A DNA stretch of 64,000 nt from Clostridia bacterium (GTDB taxonomy: Bacteria > Bacillota > Clostridia > TANB77 > CAG-465). The DNA lies in NCBI GenBank assembly GCA_030524345.1, contig JAUNGP010000001.1:130191-194190 (forward strand), in the 5' to 3' direction. Numbering within the stretch: position 1 is the stretch's first letter; every line of letters starts with the position of its first letter. A program made the translations under genes and the position numbers. Shown piece by piece: positions 48,589-60,569 of this stretch. The notes below the pieces were generated by a model. It was given only the letters and a program-made list of their open reading frames with translations. It had not been told where the DNA came from and searched no databases.

Positions 48589-49707
48589 ATGAATATAAAA
48601 TGTGATTTAAAAGAATTAATAAATGGACTAAATATTGTTTCAAAAACTACGAGTTCAAAAACTACAATGCCAATATTAGAAGGAGTTTTGATAGAAGCAT
48701 ATCAAAATACTTTAAAATTAATTACAAATGATTTAGAAATTGGTTCTGAACATTTTTTTGAATGTAATGTATTAGAAGAAGGAAAAACAGTTGTTGATAT
48801 CAAGATGCTAAATGAAATTGTTAGAAAAATTGAAGATGAGACCGTAGAAATATCTGTTACTGATAATGTTTTTACATTAAAATCTATAAACGGTATTTTT
48901 AAATTAGCTGTAATGAACCCTAATGAATATCCTAAGTTACCTGTTTTTGATGTGGATAATACTGTGGAATTAGAACAAAGAGTATTTAAAGATATGATTA
49001 AGAGAACATTATTTTCTGTTAGTAATGATGAAAATAGACCAATATATAATGGTGCACTAGTTAAAGTAGAAGATAACATATTGACAATAGTAGCAATAGA
49101 TGGATTTAGGTTATCTTTAAGAAAATCTTTAAGTGAAAAAAATATTAATAATTTTAAAGCAATCATACCTGGTAAGGTCCTATCTGAGTTATTAAAAATA
49201 TTATCTGATTCTGAAGATGAATTTGTAAAGATAGGGGTCAATAAAAATCAAGCTTTATTCGAAATGGGAAATAGTATTATTATTAGTCGAATTATTGAAG
49301 GTGAATTTTTAAATTATAATACTATTATACCTGAAACAAGTGAAACTAGAGTAAGGGTAAAAACTAAAAGTTTGTTAGATTCTTTTGAGCGAGTAGCTTT
49401 ATTTGCAAAAGAAAATAAAGAAAAAGATAAAAAATCTCCTGTAAAAATGAATATTGGTATAGATGGAATTGTACTTAGTTGTGTCAGTGAGACTGGAGAT
49501 GCTAAAGAAGTGATAACAGCTTTAGTAGAGGGAAAAGAGATTGAGATTGGCTTTAATCCTAGATATGTGATTGAAGCGTTAAAGGTAATTGATGATCCTG
49601 AAGTATATGTTGAATTTAACTCAAGCATTTCACCTGTTTTGATAAAACCAATTGTATCTAATGAATTTATATATGTTGTATTACCTATAAAGTTAAGACA
49701 AGATTAA
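48589..49707 (+). CDS. dnaN: DNA polymerase III beta sliding clamp
   Basis: MNIKCDLKELINGLNIVSK..., about 372 aa with three-domain clamp pattern. The ATG at 48589 behind GGAGGA is preferred to the track start at 48544. Confidence 0.95.
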   Translation: MNIKCDLKELINGLNIVSKTTSSKTTMPILEGVLIEAYQNTLKLITNDLEIGSEHFFECNVLEEGKTVVDIKMLNEIVRKIEDETVEISVTDNVFTLKSINGIFKLAVMNPNEYPKLPVFDVDNTVELEQRVFKDMIKRTLFSVSNDENRPIYNGALVKVEDNILTIVAIDGFRLSLRKSLSEKNINNFKAIIPGKVLSELLKILSDSEDEFVKIGVNKNQALFEMGNSIIISRIIEGEFLNYNTIIPETSETRVRVKTKSLLDSFERVALFAKENKEKDKKSPVKMNIGIDGIVLSCVSETGDAKEVITALVEGKEIEIGFNPRYVIEALKVIDDPEVYVEFNSSISPVLIKPIVSNEFIYVVLPIKLRQD

Positions 49708-49751
49708 AATAAAAAGCATGAAAATATATAAATTTTCATGCTTTGTTTCTT

Positions 49752-50030
49752 CTAAAAAAAGTAATATTTAAGCCTATTGATTTTTCGATGATTAAAAAGA
49801 TCATCAAAAATTAATGAGATACAAATAGCTAAATATAGTAATAGAAGAGGTATTGTTAAACAGAATACGTAGATAAGAGGGAATTTTACTATTATATGGA
49901 TATTTAGACTCATGATAGTTTTCCCAAAATAAATTGCAGGCAGTAAGAAAAAAAGTAAGATATTTAATGGTAAAAGTCTTACTACTAAATTAAAACTAGA
50001 CTTATTTTTTGTCTTTTTCTGGATGTTCAG
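49752..50030 (-). CDS. candidate small membrane protein between dnaN and recF (head-on to replication), start codon uncertain
   Basis: Minus strand GGAGGG (50042-50037) followed 6 nt later by CTG, then a 92-codon open frame with two hydrophobic helices. An in-frame ATG at 49913 would give 53 aa. Not in the ORF track. Confidence 0.3.
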   Translation of the reverse strand: MNIQKKTKNKSSFNLVVRLLPLNILLFFLLPAIYFGKTIMSLNIHIIVKFPLIYVFCLTIPLLLLYLAICISLIFDDLFNHRKINRLKYYFF

Positions 50031-50107
50031 AATGATCCCTCCTATAAAGTAAATTTAGGCAAATTATAACATATCAAATTTTATTCGTCAAATAGAGAGG
50101 TTTATTG

Positions 50108-51178
50108 ATGTATATAGATAAAGTGGAATTAGAAAATTTTAGAAATTATAGTAGTCAAAAAATAGATTTTATTAATGGAATTAACCTGTTTGTGGGCAAT
50201 AATGCTCAAGGAAAAACTAATATAATAGAGTCTATATATGTCTCTGCGTTTGGAAAATCATATAGGACGATCAAAGATAATGAACTTATTAATTTTGATT
50301 CGGATTTTTGTAGAGTAAAGTTACTATATTCTAAAAATGGTTTAAATAACAATAATGAAGTATATATAGAAGAAAGTAAAAAAGTAATCAAAAATAATGG
50401 ATTGAAAGTAAATAAAATTTCTGATTTTGTAGGTGAGATATTAATTGTTATATTCTCTCCAGATAGCTTAGATATTGTAAAAGGATCTCCAGGTAAAAGA
50501 AGAAATTTTATAGACATGATTTGTTGTCAACTTTCTAAATCATATTTAATATCTCATCAAGAATACATGAAATGTTTAAAATTAAAAAATTCGATGTTAA
50601 AGAAGGATATCATTGATAAAGAATATATCCTTATTTTACATGAGAAAATGAGTGTTTATATAAAAAAAATAGTTGAGTTTAGAAAATATGTCATTGATAG
50701 ATTATTAGAAAAAGCTAAGGTAATTGAAAATAAAATCACAAATGGAAAAGAAAGTATAGACATAATATATACAACTGATTTTCTTAATATGAATGAAGAA
50801 GAAATTATTAATTATTTAAATAAATATTTATTTATAGATGAAATGAGAAAATCATCTATCAAAGGAATTCAAAGAGATGATATTATTATTAACATTAATG
50901 ATTTAGAAGTCAGTAAATTTGGTTCTCAAGGACAAAATAGAACTGCTCTTTTAACATTAAAACTTGCAGATTTTGAGGTTTTGATGGAGGAAAAACAGGA
51001 AGTTCCAATTCTGTTACTAGATGATATTATGTCTGAACTAGATAAGGATAGAATTTCTTTTTTACTAAAATATATAGAAAATTATCAAAGTATTATAACA
51101 ACAACTGATGATACTTTTGTTAAAGATATACGAAATATAAAAATTTCAAAAGTTTCAAATGGGGGACTTGAAATTTAA
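50108..51178 (+). CDS. recF: DNA replication and repair protein RecF
   Basis: Walker A GNNAQGKTNIIESI, signature FGSQGQNRT, Walker B LLLDDIMSELD. Confidence 0.93.
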   Translation: MYIDKVELENFRNYSSQKIDFINGINLFVGNNAQGKTNIIESIYVSAFGKSYRTIKDNELINFDSDFCRVKLLYSKNGLNNNNEVYIEESKKVIKNNGLKVNKISDFVGEILIVIFSPDSLDIVKGSPGKRRNFIDMICCQLSKSYLISHQEYMKCLKLKNSMLKKDIIDKEYILILHEKMSVYIKKIVEFRKYVIDRLLEKAKVIENKITNGKESIDIIYTTDFLNMNEEEIINYLNKYLFIDEMRKSSIKGIQRDDIIININDLEVSKFGSQGQNRTALLTLKLADFEVLMEEKQEVPILLLDDIMSELDKDRISFLLKYIENYQSIITTTDDTFVKDIRNIKISKVSNGGLEI

Positions 51179-51221
51179 TATGAAAGTATGATATAAGTAT
51201 ATAGTACAATAATGAAATTGA

Positions 51222-53153
<1,932 letters not shown>

Positions 53154-53215
53154 TATGTTTGAAGTGTATGTTAATATTTTTTAATATACACTTTTTACTT
53201 TTTTTATGGAAATAG

Positions 53216-53244
53216 TTGACAAAATAAAAATAATTATGTATAAT
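53216..53244 (+). promoter_or_regulatory. consensus sigma-A promoter of the infC-rpmI-rplT operon
   Basis: TTGACA (53216-53221), 17-nt spacer, TATAAT (53239-53244) with a TG extension. Confidence 0.7.
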
Positions 53245-53249
53245 ATAGT

Positions 53250-53375
53250 ACGTAAGTAGAGGAAATCTTCTCACCTTACGAGTTTTGTCTTAGTAAGGTT
53301 ATACATTAAAATATTTATTTAAGAGTATTAGTATGTATTATGAGAGGATTGCCCGTTACAAGAGCAATCTTTTTT
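53250..53375 (+). promoter_or_regulatory. infC operon leader (L20-leader-like) with attenuator terminator
   Basis: About 125-nt untranslated leader with stem CGTAAG...CTTACG and a terminal hairpin GATTGC-loop-GCAATC plus T6 (53346-53375), just before the infC RBS. B. subtilis controls this operon by L20-dependent termination. Confidence 0.5.
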
Positions 53376-53388
53376 ATATAGTTTTTTT

Positions 53389-53913
53389 GTGGAGGTGTTT
53401 AATATAAAACAAGATTTTTTAGTAAATGAAGAAATTAAATTTTCTGAAGTACAAGTAATTAATGTTGACGGCCAAAAATTGGGAAAAATGTCAATAAGAA
53501 AAGCAATAGAAATTGCTGAAGAGAACAATATGGATTTAGTTCTTGTTTCACCAAATTCTGATAATCCTGTTTGTAAAATTTTAGATTATAGTAAATATAA
53601 ATTTGAAATGGCTAAAAAAGCTAAAGAAGCTAAGAAAAAACAAAAGGTTGTTGAAATTAAAGAAATAAGATTATCTCCAAATATTGATAAACATGATTTA
53701 GAAGTAAAGGCGAAAAATGCAAATAAATTTTTAGAAGCTGGTAATAAAGTAAAAGTTTCTATGAGATTTAGAGGTAGAGAGCTAAACTTTGTAAATCAAG
53801 GAAAAGAAATCATGAATGTGTTTCAAAATATGCTTGAAAATTCACAAGTAGATAAAGAAGCAAAAATAGAAGGAAAAAATTTAACTATGTTTTTATCACC
53901 AAAGCAAAAATAG
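53389..53913 (+). CDS. infC: translation initiation factor IF-3
   Basis: VNEEIKFSEVQVINVDGQKLG N-domain and C-domain KEIRLSPNIDKHDL. Track start is GTG 53389, but that GTG lies inside GGAGGTG. The real start is probably the non-canonical ATA at 53404. Confidence 0.93.
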   Translation: MEVFNIKQDFLVNEEIKFSEVQVINVDGQKLGKMSIRKAIEIAEENNMDLVLVSPNSDNPVCKILDYSKYKFEMAKKAKEAKKKQKVVEIKEIRLSPNIDKHDLEVKAKNANKFLEAGNKVKVSMRFRGRELNFVNQGKEIMNVFQNMLENSQVDKEAKIEGKNLTMFLSPKQK

Positions 53914-53938
53914 TAGTGTTTAGGGAGGAGAGATTATT

Positions 53939-54136
53939 ATGCCAAAAATGAAAACACACAGTTCATCTAAAAAAAGATTATCAGTTACAGGAACTGGTAA
54001 AGTTAAAAAGAATGTCGCAAATAGAGCTCATAAATTAACAGGAAAGAGTTCAAAGAGAAAAATGTCTCTAAAACAATCAGCTTATGTTGATAGTGCAAAT
54101 CAAAAAGCAGTAAAGAAATTATTACCATATAAATAG
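53939..54136 (+). CDS. rpmI: 50S ribosomal protein L35
   Basis: MPKMKTHSSSKKRLSVTGTGKVKK. Confidence 0.95.
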   Translation: MPKMKTHSSSKKRLSVTGTGKVKKNVANRAHKLTGKSSKRKMSLKQSAYVDSANQKAVKKLLPYK

Positions 54137-54166
54137 TAATTACATTAAGGAAGGGGAGAATTAAAA

Positions 54167-54514
54167 ATGGCAAGAGTAAAGGGTGCTGTTACAACAAGAG
54201 CAAGACATAAAAAAGTTCTTAAAAGAGCAAAAGGATATTTTGGTGCAAAATCAATAAGATTTAGAATGGCTAATCAAGCTGTTATGAAATCTTTAAAATA
54301 TGCATATGTTGGAAGAAAACAAAACAAGAGAAATTTTAGAAAATTATGGATAGCAAGAATTAATGCAGCAGCAAGAATGAATGGAACAACTTATAGTAAG
54401 TTTATGTCAGATCTTAAAAAAGCAAATATAAATATAAATAGAAAAATGTTAGCTGAAATGGCTGTAAATGATATGAATGGATTTAAAGCTTTAGTAGAAA
54501 AAGTTCAAAAATAA
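54167..54514 (+). CDS. rplT: 50S ribosomal protein L20
   Basis: [26 protein letters not shown]. Confidence 0.95.
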   Translation: MARVKGAVTTRARHKKVLKRAKGYFGAKSIRFRMANQAVMKSLKYAYVGRKQNKRNFRKLWIARINAAARMNGTTYSKFMSDLKKANININRKMLAEMAVNDMNGFKALVEKVQK

Positions 54515-54532
54515 TAAATTAGGAGGTACTTT

Positions 54533-55090
54533 ATGATTTTAGCAGGTGATTTTAGAAATGGTGTTACCTTTGAAATGGATAACTCAGTATATAGAGTTGT
54601 AGAATTTCAACATGTAAAACCTGGAAAGGGTGCTGCTTTTGTTAGAACTACTTTGAAGAATGTTATAACTGGAAAAAATATTGAAAAAACATTTAATCCA
54701 TCTGAAAAAGTAGAAGAAGCACAAATCACAATTCAAGAAATGCAATACTTATATAATGATGGTAATATGTATACTTTTATGGATACTACATCATATGAAC
54801 AAGTTGAATTAAGCAAAGAACAAATATCAGATACATTACCATACTTAAAAGATAATATGAATGTAAAAGTATTATCATATAAAGGAAATGTATTTGGAGT
54901 AGAACCTCCTACATTTGTAGAATTAGAGGTAACTTATACTGAGCCTGGAATAAAGGGAAGTACAGCAACTGGTACAACAAAACCTTGTACAGTTGAAACT
55001 GGTGCTCAATTTAATGTTCCAATTTTTGTTGAAATTGGTGACAAAATAAGAATTGATACAAGAACAGGTTCATATATGGAAAGAGTATAA
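54533..55090 (+). CDS. efp: elongation factor P
   Basis: [38 protein letters not shown], including the conserved KPGKG loop. Confidence 0.95.
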   Translation: MILAGDFRNGVTFEMDNSVYRVVEFQHVKPGKGAAFVRTTLKNVITGKNIEKTFNPSEKVEEAQITIQEMQYLYNDGNMYTFMDTTSYEQVELSKEQISDTLPYLKDNMNVKVLSYKGNVFGVEPPTFVELEVTYTEPGIKGSTATGTTKPCTVETGAQFNVPIFVEIGDKIRIDTRTGSYMERV

Positions 55091-55095
55091 TAAAA

Positions 55096-55132
55096 AATAA
55101 TGATAGGTTTTATATGCTTATCATTATTTTTT
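55096..55132 (+). terminator. rho-independent terminator after efp
   Basis: AATAATGATAGG-loop-CTTATCATTATT followed by a T-run. Confidence 0.7.
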
Positions 55133-55266
55133 ATTATATTTTAGAAGGTTTTAATTATATAATTAATTTCATTCAATATAAAATATAATGTTTGACATTT
55201 TATGTAAAATAATATATAATAACTATACTAAAAAATAAATCTATACAAAATTGTAAAGGAGAAAAA

Positions 55267-55881
55267 ATGATTATTAAAGTAAAATCAGATGAATTGAAAA
55301 CAGATGAAATTATGGGAACGCTAATTTCTAAGAAGAAAGGAAAGTATGTTTTTAGAATTGAATCAACTTTGTTATATGATATTATTGTATATTTACATGA
55401 AATTGGTATAATGAAGTTAAAAGTAGAAATTGAGGAAGAGGATAATTTAAAAGAACAGAAGCATCCTATTGTATTAAAAGAAAAACCAACTTGTATGGAG
55501 TATTATGAATTTATTTTAAGAGACTATATACCTATTTTAGAAAAAGAAAAGGATTTAGATAAGTTTTTTAATTTAATTGGCTTTGTAGATAAATGTGATA
55601 TTTACAAAAATATGTATGAAAGGCTTTGTCAAATTACAGCTGAAGAAGAAAAAGTATGGGCAAAACATAATTTTGGTAATAAAACGGGACTATATTACAA
55701 TTCATATCGTGAATTATATGGAGATAAGAAAGAAACAGATTATGAAGAAATTATGAAAAGCAGTTTAAAGAATTGGCTTCTTAGGTATTATCCAGATTAT
55801 AGGACATATTTTAGAAATGGTTTATCTTATATAAGCTTTTTAAGATTTTTACTTAAGCATACTGATAGGAAATATTTTTAA
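55267..55881 (+). CDS. hypothetical protein (stand-alone transcription unit)
   Basis: 204-aa ORF with consensus promoter TTGACA-17-TATAAT (55192-55220), AGGAGA RBS and a terminator hairpin at about 55907-55955. No motif recognised. Confidence 0.55.
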   Translation: MIIKVKSDELKTDEIMGTLISKKKGKYVFRIESTLLYDIIVYLHEIGIMKLKVEIEEEDNLKEQKHPIVLKEKPTCMEYYEFILRDYIPILEKEKDLDKFFNLIGFVDKCDIYKNMYERLCQITAEEEKVWAKHNFGNKTGLYYNSYRELYGDKKETDYEEIMKSSLKNWLLRYYPDYRTYFRNGLSYISFLRFLLKHTDRKYF

Positions 55882-56028
55882 TATAGTTTGATGATATCTA
55901 ATTATGAAGTGCACCCCAAATGTTAGGCAAAACTCTAATATTTGGAGGTGCATTTTTAATGAGTAATACTTGAAATTACATAAATATGATGTTAAAATAT
56001 TATAGTAAAAATTAATAGGAGAAAAAAG

Positions 56029-57399
56029 ATGAGATTTGTAAATAGTTATGAAACAAAAATAAAGAAATTAGTACAAGAAAAAAGCTTAACATATAGTATA
56101 GATACTATGGGATGTCAAATGAATGAAAATGATTCTTCTAAGTATATGGGAATATTAGAGTCTATGGGATTTAGAAAAACTACCAGCGATAAGGCAAATT
56201 TAATATTATTTAATACTTGTTGCGTTAGAGAAAATGCTGAGAATACATTATTTGGAAGACTTGGTTTTTTAAAGAAAAGAAAATTAAATGAGGAAAATGT
56301 GTATATAGTGGTTGTTGGATGTATGACTCAGCAAAGACATATTCTAGAAAAAATAAAAGAATCATATAAATTTGTTGATATTGTACTTGGAACAGGTAGT
56401 ATGAGTTTGTTTCCTGAAAAATTATATAATGTTTTATTTTCAAATAAAAAAGAAATTGAATATATAGAAGCTGGAAATGAAATTGAAGAAGATATCCCTA
56501 TTATTTATGAAGATAAGTATAAAGCAAGCGTAAGTATAATTTATGGTTGTAATAATTTTTGTTCTTATTGTATAGTCCCTTATGTTAGAGGAAGGGAACG
56601 TAGTAGAAGACCAGAGGATATTTTAAAAGATATAGAAAAGTTAGCTAAAAATGGATATAAGGAGATAATGCTTTTAGGGCAAAATGTAAATTCTTACGGA
56701 AATGATTTTAAAGATAGATATACTTTTCCAGATTTATTAAAAGATATAGAAAAGATAGATGGAATTGAAATAATAAGGTTTATGTCTCCACATCCAAAAG
56801 ATTTTAAAGATGATTTGATAGAAGTAATAAGAAACTCTAAGAAAATTGCTAGACAAATTCATTTACCACTTCAGTCTGGAAGCACTAAAATATTAAAAGA
56901 AATGAATAGAAAATATACAAAAGAAGAATATTTAACTCTAGCTAAAAAATTAAAGGCTGCTGATCCAGAAATTTCTCTGTCTACTGATATAATTGTAGGT
57001 TTTCCAGGAGAATCTGAAAAAGATTTTGAAGATACTTTAGATGTGGTTTCACAAATTAAATTTGATCAAATATATATGTTTATTTATTCAAAAAGAGAAG
57101 GAACAAAAGCTGCCAAAATGGAAGATTTTATTACAAATTCTCAAAAGGTAGAAAGACTTGAACGATTAAAGAGATTATATGAGAATGAATTACCTTTATT
57201 GAATAAAAAAATGATAGGTAGATGCTATAAGGTTTTAGTTGAGGGAAAAAGTAAGAATAATGATGAATTTTATACAGGACGAACAAGTCAAAATAAAGTG
57301 GTAATTTTTAAAGCGGATGAGAAGAGAATAGGTAAAATAGTAAATGTAAAAATAGATAGTGAACATTTATGGTATTTAAAAGGTACTATAGAAGAATAG
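56029..57399 (+). CDS. miaB: tRNA-2-methylthio-N6-dimethylallyladenosine synthase
   Basis: UPF0004 N-domain (TMGCQMNENDS), radical-SAM CNNFCSYC, C-terminal TRAM domain. Confidence 0.9.
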   Translation: MRFVNSYETKIKKLVQEKSLTYSIDTMGCQMNENDSSKYMGILESMGFRKTTSDKANLILFNTCCVRENAENTLFGRLGFLKKRKLNEENVYIVVVGCMTQQRHILEKIKESYKFVDIVLGTGSMSLFPEKLYNVLFSNKKEIEYIEAGNEIEEDIPIIYEDKYKASVSIIYGCNNFCSYCIVPYVRGRERSRRPEDILKDIEKLAKNGYKEIMLLGQNVNSYGNDFKDRYTFPDLLKDIEKIDGIEIIRFMSPHPKDFKDDLIEVIRNSKKIARQIHLPLQSGSTKILKEMNRKYTKEEYLTLAKKLKAADPEISLSTDIIVGFPGESEKDFEDTLDVVSQIKFDQIYMFIYSKREGTKAAKMEDFITNSQKVERLERLKRLYENELPLLNKKMIGRCYKVLVEGKSKNNDEFYTGRTSQNKVVIFKADEKRIGKIVNVKIDSEHLWYLKGTIEE

Positions 57400-57485
57400 A
57401 TGGTTTTACTATCTATTTTTTGTAATAAATAATTTTTTTTTAAATATACTTTAATAAACAAAAGAATAAGAGAAAGGAGCTATAT

Positions 57486-58517
57486 ATGGCAAATAATGTA
57501 GCTGCAAGAAGGCTTAGAAAAAGTATGTTAAAAGAAATTAATAATGAGTATAACAATCCATTTCCTAATTTGAATAACAGCTATTATCCTACTGTTTGTG
57601 AAAATGAAGGGGAAAAGGAAAATAAAGAAAAATTTAGAATAAAGTTTAAGACAAGAATGATGATAAAAGTTTTTTTAGCTGTTTTAATAGTTTTTGTTTG
57701 TTTAATTGGTAAATTGGTTATTCCGGATAAATTAAAAGGTAATCAATATATCAGTAGAATTATTTTTGAGTACAATAAGGATTATTCAAGACAATATTTA
57801 TTAGAAAAAATGGAAAAATTTGTAGGAGAAGTATATCCTAATATGAGAAATATAATACCTGAAGACATTGCTATTAAAATAAAAGAAAAATATGATTATG
57901 TGAAACCAAAAATTTTAGAGTTTCAGTTAAAAGAAAAAATATATGCGTGGATTTATCCTGGTCAGACAATTGAGACCTTAAGTAAAACAATTGATATTAA
58001 TAATCAAAAAGATGAAGAAATTAAGGAAATCTTTAATGGGATTGGTGGAGGAGAACCGATTGAAATTAAAAATGAATCAAGTGCAGTTAGTATGATGCAA
58101 GACGATATTGGTACCATCCTTAGTAAAAATATTAGTATAATAGCTCCTGTTACTGGGACAATTACATCTGAATATGGAGCGCGTGATGAAATATTTGAAG
58201 GAGTCAATTCTTATCATACAGGGCTAGATATTGCTAATCAATTAGGAACTAAAATTATGAGTGCCACTGATGGTATTGTTTATAAAACACAAGCAATGGA
58301 TAAATATTATGGAAATAATATTGAAATAGAAAAAGATGGAGTTATTTTTAAATATGCACATTTAAGTGAAATAAAAGTTAATGAGGGAGATGAAATAAAA
58401 CAAGGTGATATTATTGGACTTATGGGAAGTACAGGAATGTCTACTGGATCCCATCTTCATTTTGAGATAATAATTGATTCAAGAACTGTAGATCCACAAA
58501 AATTAGTTAATTTTTAA
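57486..58517 (+). CDS. membrane-anchored M23 (LytM-type) peptidase, SpoIVFA-like by position
   Basis: One TM helix (MMIKVFLAVLIVFVCLIGKLV). M23 motifs YHTGLD and GSTGMSTGSHLHFE are intact. Directly upstream of an M50 site-2 protease gene. Confidence 0.7.
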   Translation: MANNVAARRLRKSMLKEINNEYNNPFPNLNNSYYPTVCENEGEKENKEKFRIKFKTRMMIKVFLAVLIVFVCLIGKLVIPDKLKGNQYISRIIFEYNKDYSRQYLLEKMEKFVGEVYPNMRNIIPEDIAIKIKEKYDYVKPKILEFQLKEKIYAWIYPGQTIETLSKTIDINNQKDEEIKEIFNGIGGGEPIEIKNESSAVSMMQDDIGTILSKNISIIAPVTGTITSEYGARDEIFEGVNSYHTGLDIANQLGTKIMSATDGIVYKTQAMDKYYGNNIEIEKDGVIFKYAHLSEIKVNEGDEIKQGDIIGLMGSTGMSTGSHLHFEIIIDSRTVDPQKLVNF

Positions 58518-58532
58518 TATAGAGGTGAGAAT

Positions 58533-59129
58533 ATGAAATTTAGAACTCCGTTTTTTTATGTAGAAGTTGAGTATCTATTTTTGATATTCTCTTTTATTTG
58601 CATTTTTTCTGAAAAAATGAGAGACTACTTTGCATATTTTTATATGTGTTATTTATTTATCCTATTTCATGAATTATCTCATATTTTTGTAGCCTCATTA
58701 TTTGGAAAAAAAATGGAGAAATTAAAATTAACTTTATCAGGAGTTAATGTAAAATTTGAAAGAGAAAAATATATTTTGAAAAGTGAGAATGAATATTTTC
58801 ATAATATGTTAATATATTTTGCTGGGCCTTTATCTAATATCATACTTGCTATGATATTTCATAGCAATATAATGATTTATGAGATAAATATTTGTCTGGG
58901 AATGATAAATTTGTTACCCATATATCCACTTGATGGATATAACATTTTAAAAAATGTGTTAGGAAATAATTATAAAAATATATATTTAGATATTATAGGA
59001 AATATAACTTTAATAGTTCTTTTTTTAATTTCTATATATCAAATTCTTTTTTTGAAAAGTATAAGTATTTTGATTTTTAGCGTATATATTTTCTTAATAA
59101 AAATGTTTGCAAAATATGCCTCAAAATAG
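58533..59129 (+). CDS. M50-family site-2 metalloprotease, SpoIVFB-like but short (no CBS domain)
   Basis: HELSH zinc motif within a TM helix and NLLPIYPLDGYNIL motif. Only 198 aa. Confidence 0.7.
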   Translation: MKFRTPFFYVEVEYLFLIFSFICIFSEKMRDYFAYFYMCYLFILFHELSHIFVASLFGKKMEKLKLTLSGVNVKFEREKYILKSENEYFHNMLIYFAGPLSNIILAMIFHSNIMIYEINICLGMINLLPIYPLDGYNILKNVLGNNYKNIYLDIIGNITLIVLFLISIYQILFLKSISILIFSVYIFLIKMFAKYASK

Positions 59130-59267
59130 CGAAAAATTAAGCAAAAACGCATGTTAAAAAATTGTTTCAGTTAAATGACAAAAATATTACAAATTTTAAA
59201 TAAAATACTTGATTTTTTTAGTAAAAGATAGTATCATATAAATAGCTCAAATTTGGAGGTGTGAAAT

Positions 59268-60548
59268 GTGGCTATAGGTGATATCATAGTTGGACTAGAT
59301 ATTGGAGTATCTAAAGTCAGTTGCGTAATTGGCCAAGTCAACAAATTTAGTGAAATTGAAGTTATAGGATATGGTTTATCTAGTAACTCAGGTGTAAAAA
59401 AAGGCCAAATTATTGATCCAAAGATAGTATCACAATCTGTAAAGGATGCAGTAAATTCCGCAGAGCAAATTTCAGAGCTGTCAGTAAATTCTGCCTATGT
59501 TAATATAAAAGGTATGAATGTAAGAATAGAAAAAGTTGTTATGGAGTCAGAAGTAGCACGACCTGATGATGGTATGACAATAAATGATATATATAATTTA
59601 TTTGCAAAAATTCAGCTTACTACTGAACTTGCAATAGATGAGCAAATAATCGATATACTACCATATGAATATATAGTTAATGGTAGAGTTTACAAAGAGG
59701 AGCCGATAGGTGCTTTTTGTAAAACATTTGCTATGGAGGTTGAAGTTGTAATTGCTAAAGGCGATTACATAGAAGGAGTACAAAAGACTTTAAAATATGC
59801 GGGTATAAAAATTGATGGATTAATATTAGAAACTTTAGCAACATCTAATATTGTATTAATGCCAGAAGAAAAGGAAGCAGGTGTTCTTTTAGTTGATATT
59901 GGTGGAGGACATACTGATGTATCTGTATATAAAAATTCAAGAATAGAGTTTTATACAACAATCCCAGTAGGAGGAGATCATATAACAAATGATATTGCTC
60001 TTACTTTTAATATTAGTACTGATGAAGCTGAGAAATTAAAAAGACAGTATAATCTTGCAATAATGGCAATGATAACCAATAATCATGAGATTAAGCTTTC
60101 TAGTAAAAATATAGATCAACAAAATAATGTAATAAAATGTAGTGATGTAGTTCAAGTAATTGAAGCTAGAGTAAAAGAGATATATCAAATAATTAAAAAG
60201 ATGACTATAGAAAATAATTTAAATGGAAAAATTGAAAGTATGGTTTTAACAGGACAAGGAATTAGTAATATAGTGGGAGCAGAAGAACTTGCAATGCTTA
60301 CTTTAAAGATAGATCAAGTAAGAGTCTGTAGTCCAAAACTGATAAATATCATAAAACCGCAACATACAACAGTCTTTGGAATGGTAAGATATATAGCAAG
60401 CTTAGGTCTTAGTAAACATGTAAATAGTGATGTAGAAATAATAACTGATCCAAATCTGAAAGAAAAGATATTGGATGGACTAAATAATTTTAAAAATAAA
60501 ATTTTTGGATTTAATAAGAGATTGAAAAAAATAGATGATGAAGAATAA
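59268..60548 (+). CDS. ftsA: cell division protein FtsA
   Basis: Actin-fold motifs GLDIGVSKVSCVIG and LVDIGGGHTDVSV. GTG start behind GGAGGTG. Confidence 0.9.
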   Translation: MAIGDIIVGLDIGVSKVSCVIGQVNKFSEIEVIGYGLSSNSGVKKGQIIDPKIVSQSVKDAVNSAEQISELSVNSAYVNIKGMNVRIEKVVMESEVARPDDGMTINDIYNLFAKIQLTTELAIDEQIIDILPYEYIVNGRVYKEEPIGAFCKTFAMEVEVVIAKGDYIEGVQKTLKYAGIKIDGLILETLATSNIVLMPEEKEAGVLLVDIGGGHTDVSVYKNSRIEFYTTIPVGGDHITNDIALTFNISTDEAEKLKRQYNLAIMAMITNNHEIKLSSKNIDQQNNVIKCSDVVQVIEARVKEIYQIIKKMTIENNLNGKIESMVLTGQGISNIVGAEELAMLTLKIDQVRVCSPKLINIIKPQHTTVFGMVRYIASLGLSKHVNSDVEIITDPNLKEKILDGLNNFKNKIFGFNKRLKKIDDEE

Positions 60549-60569
60549 AGTTTTTTTGAGGGGGAGTAA

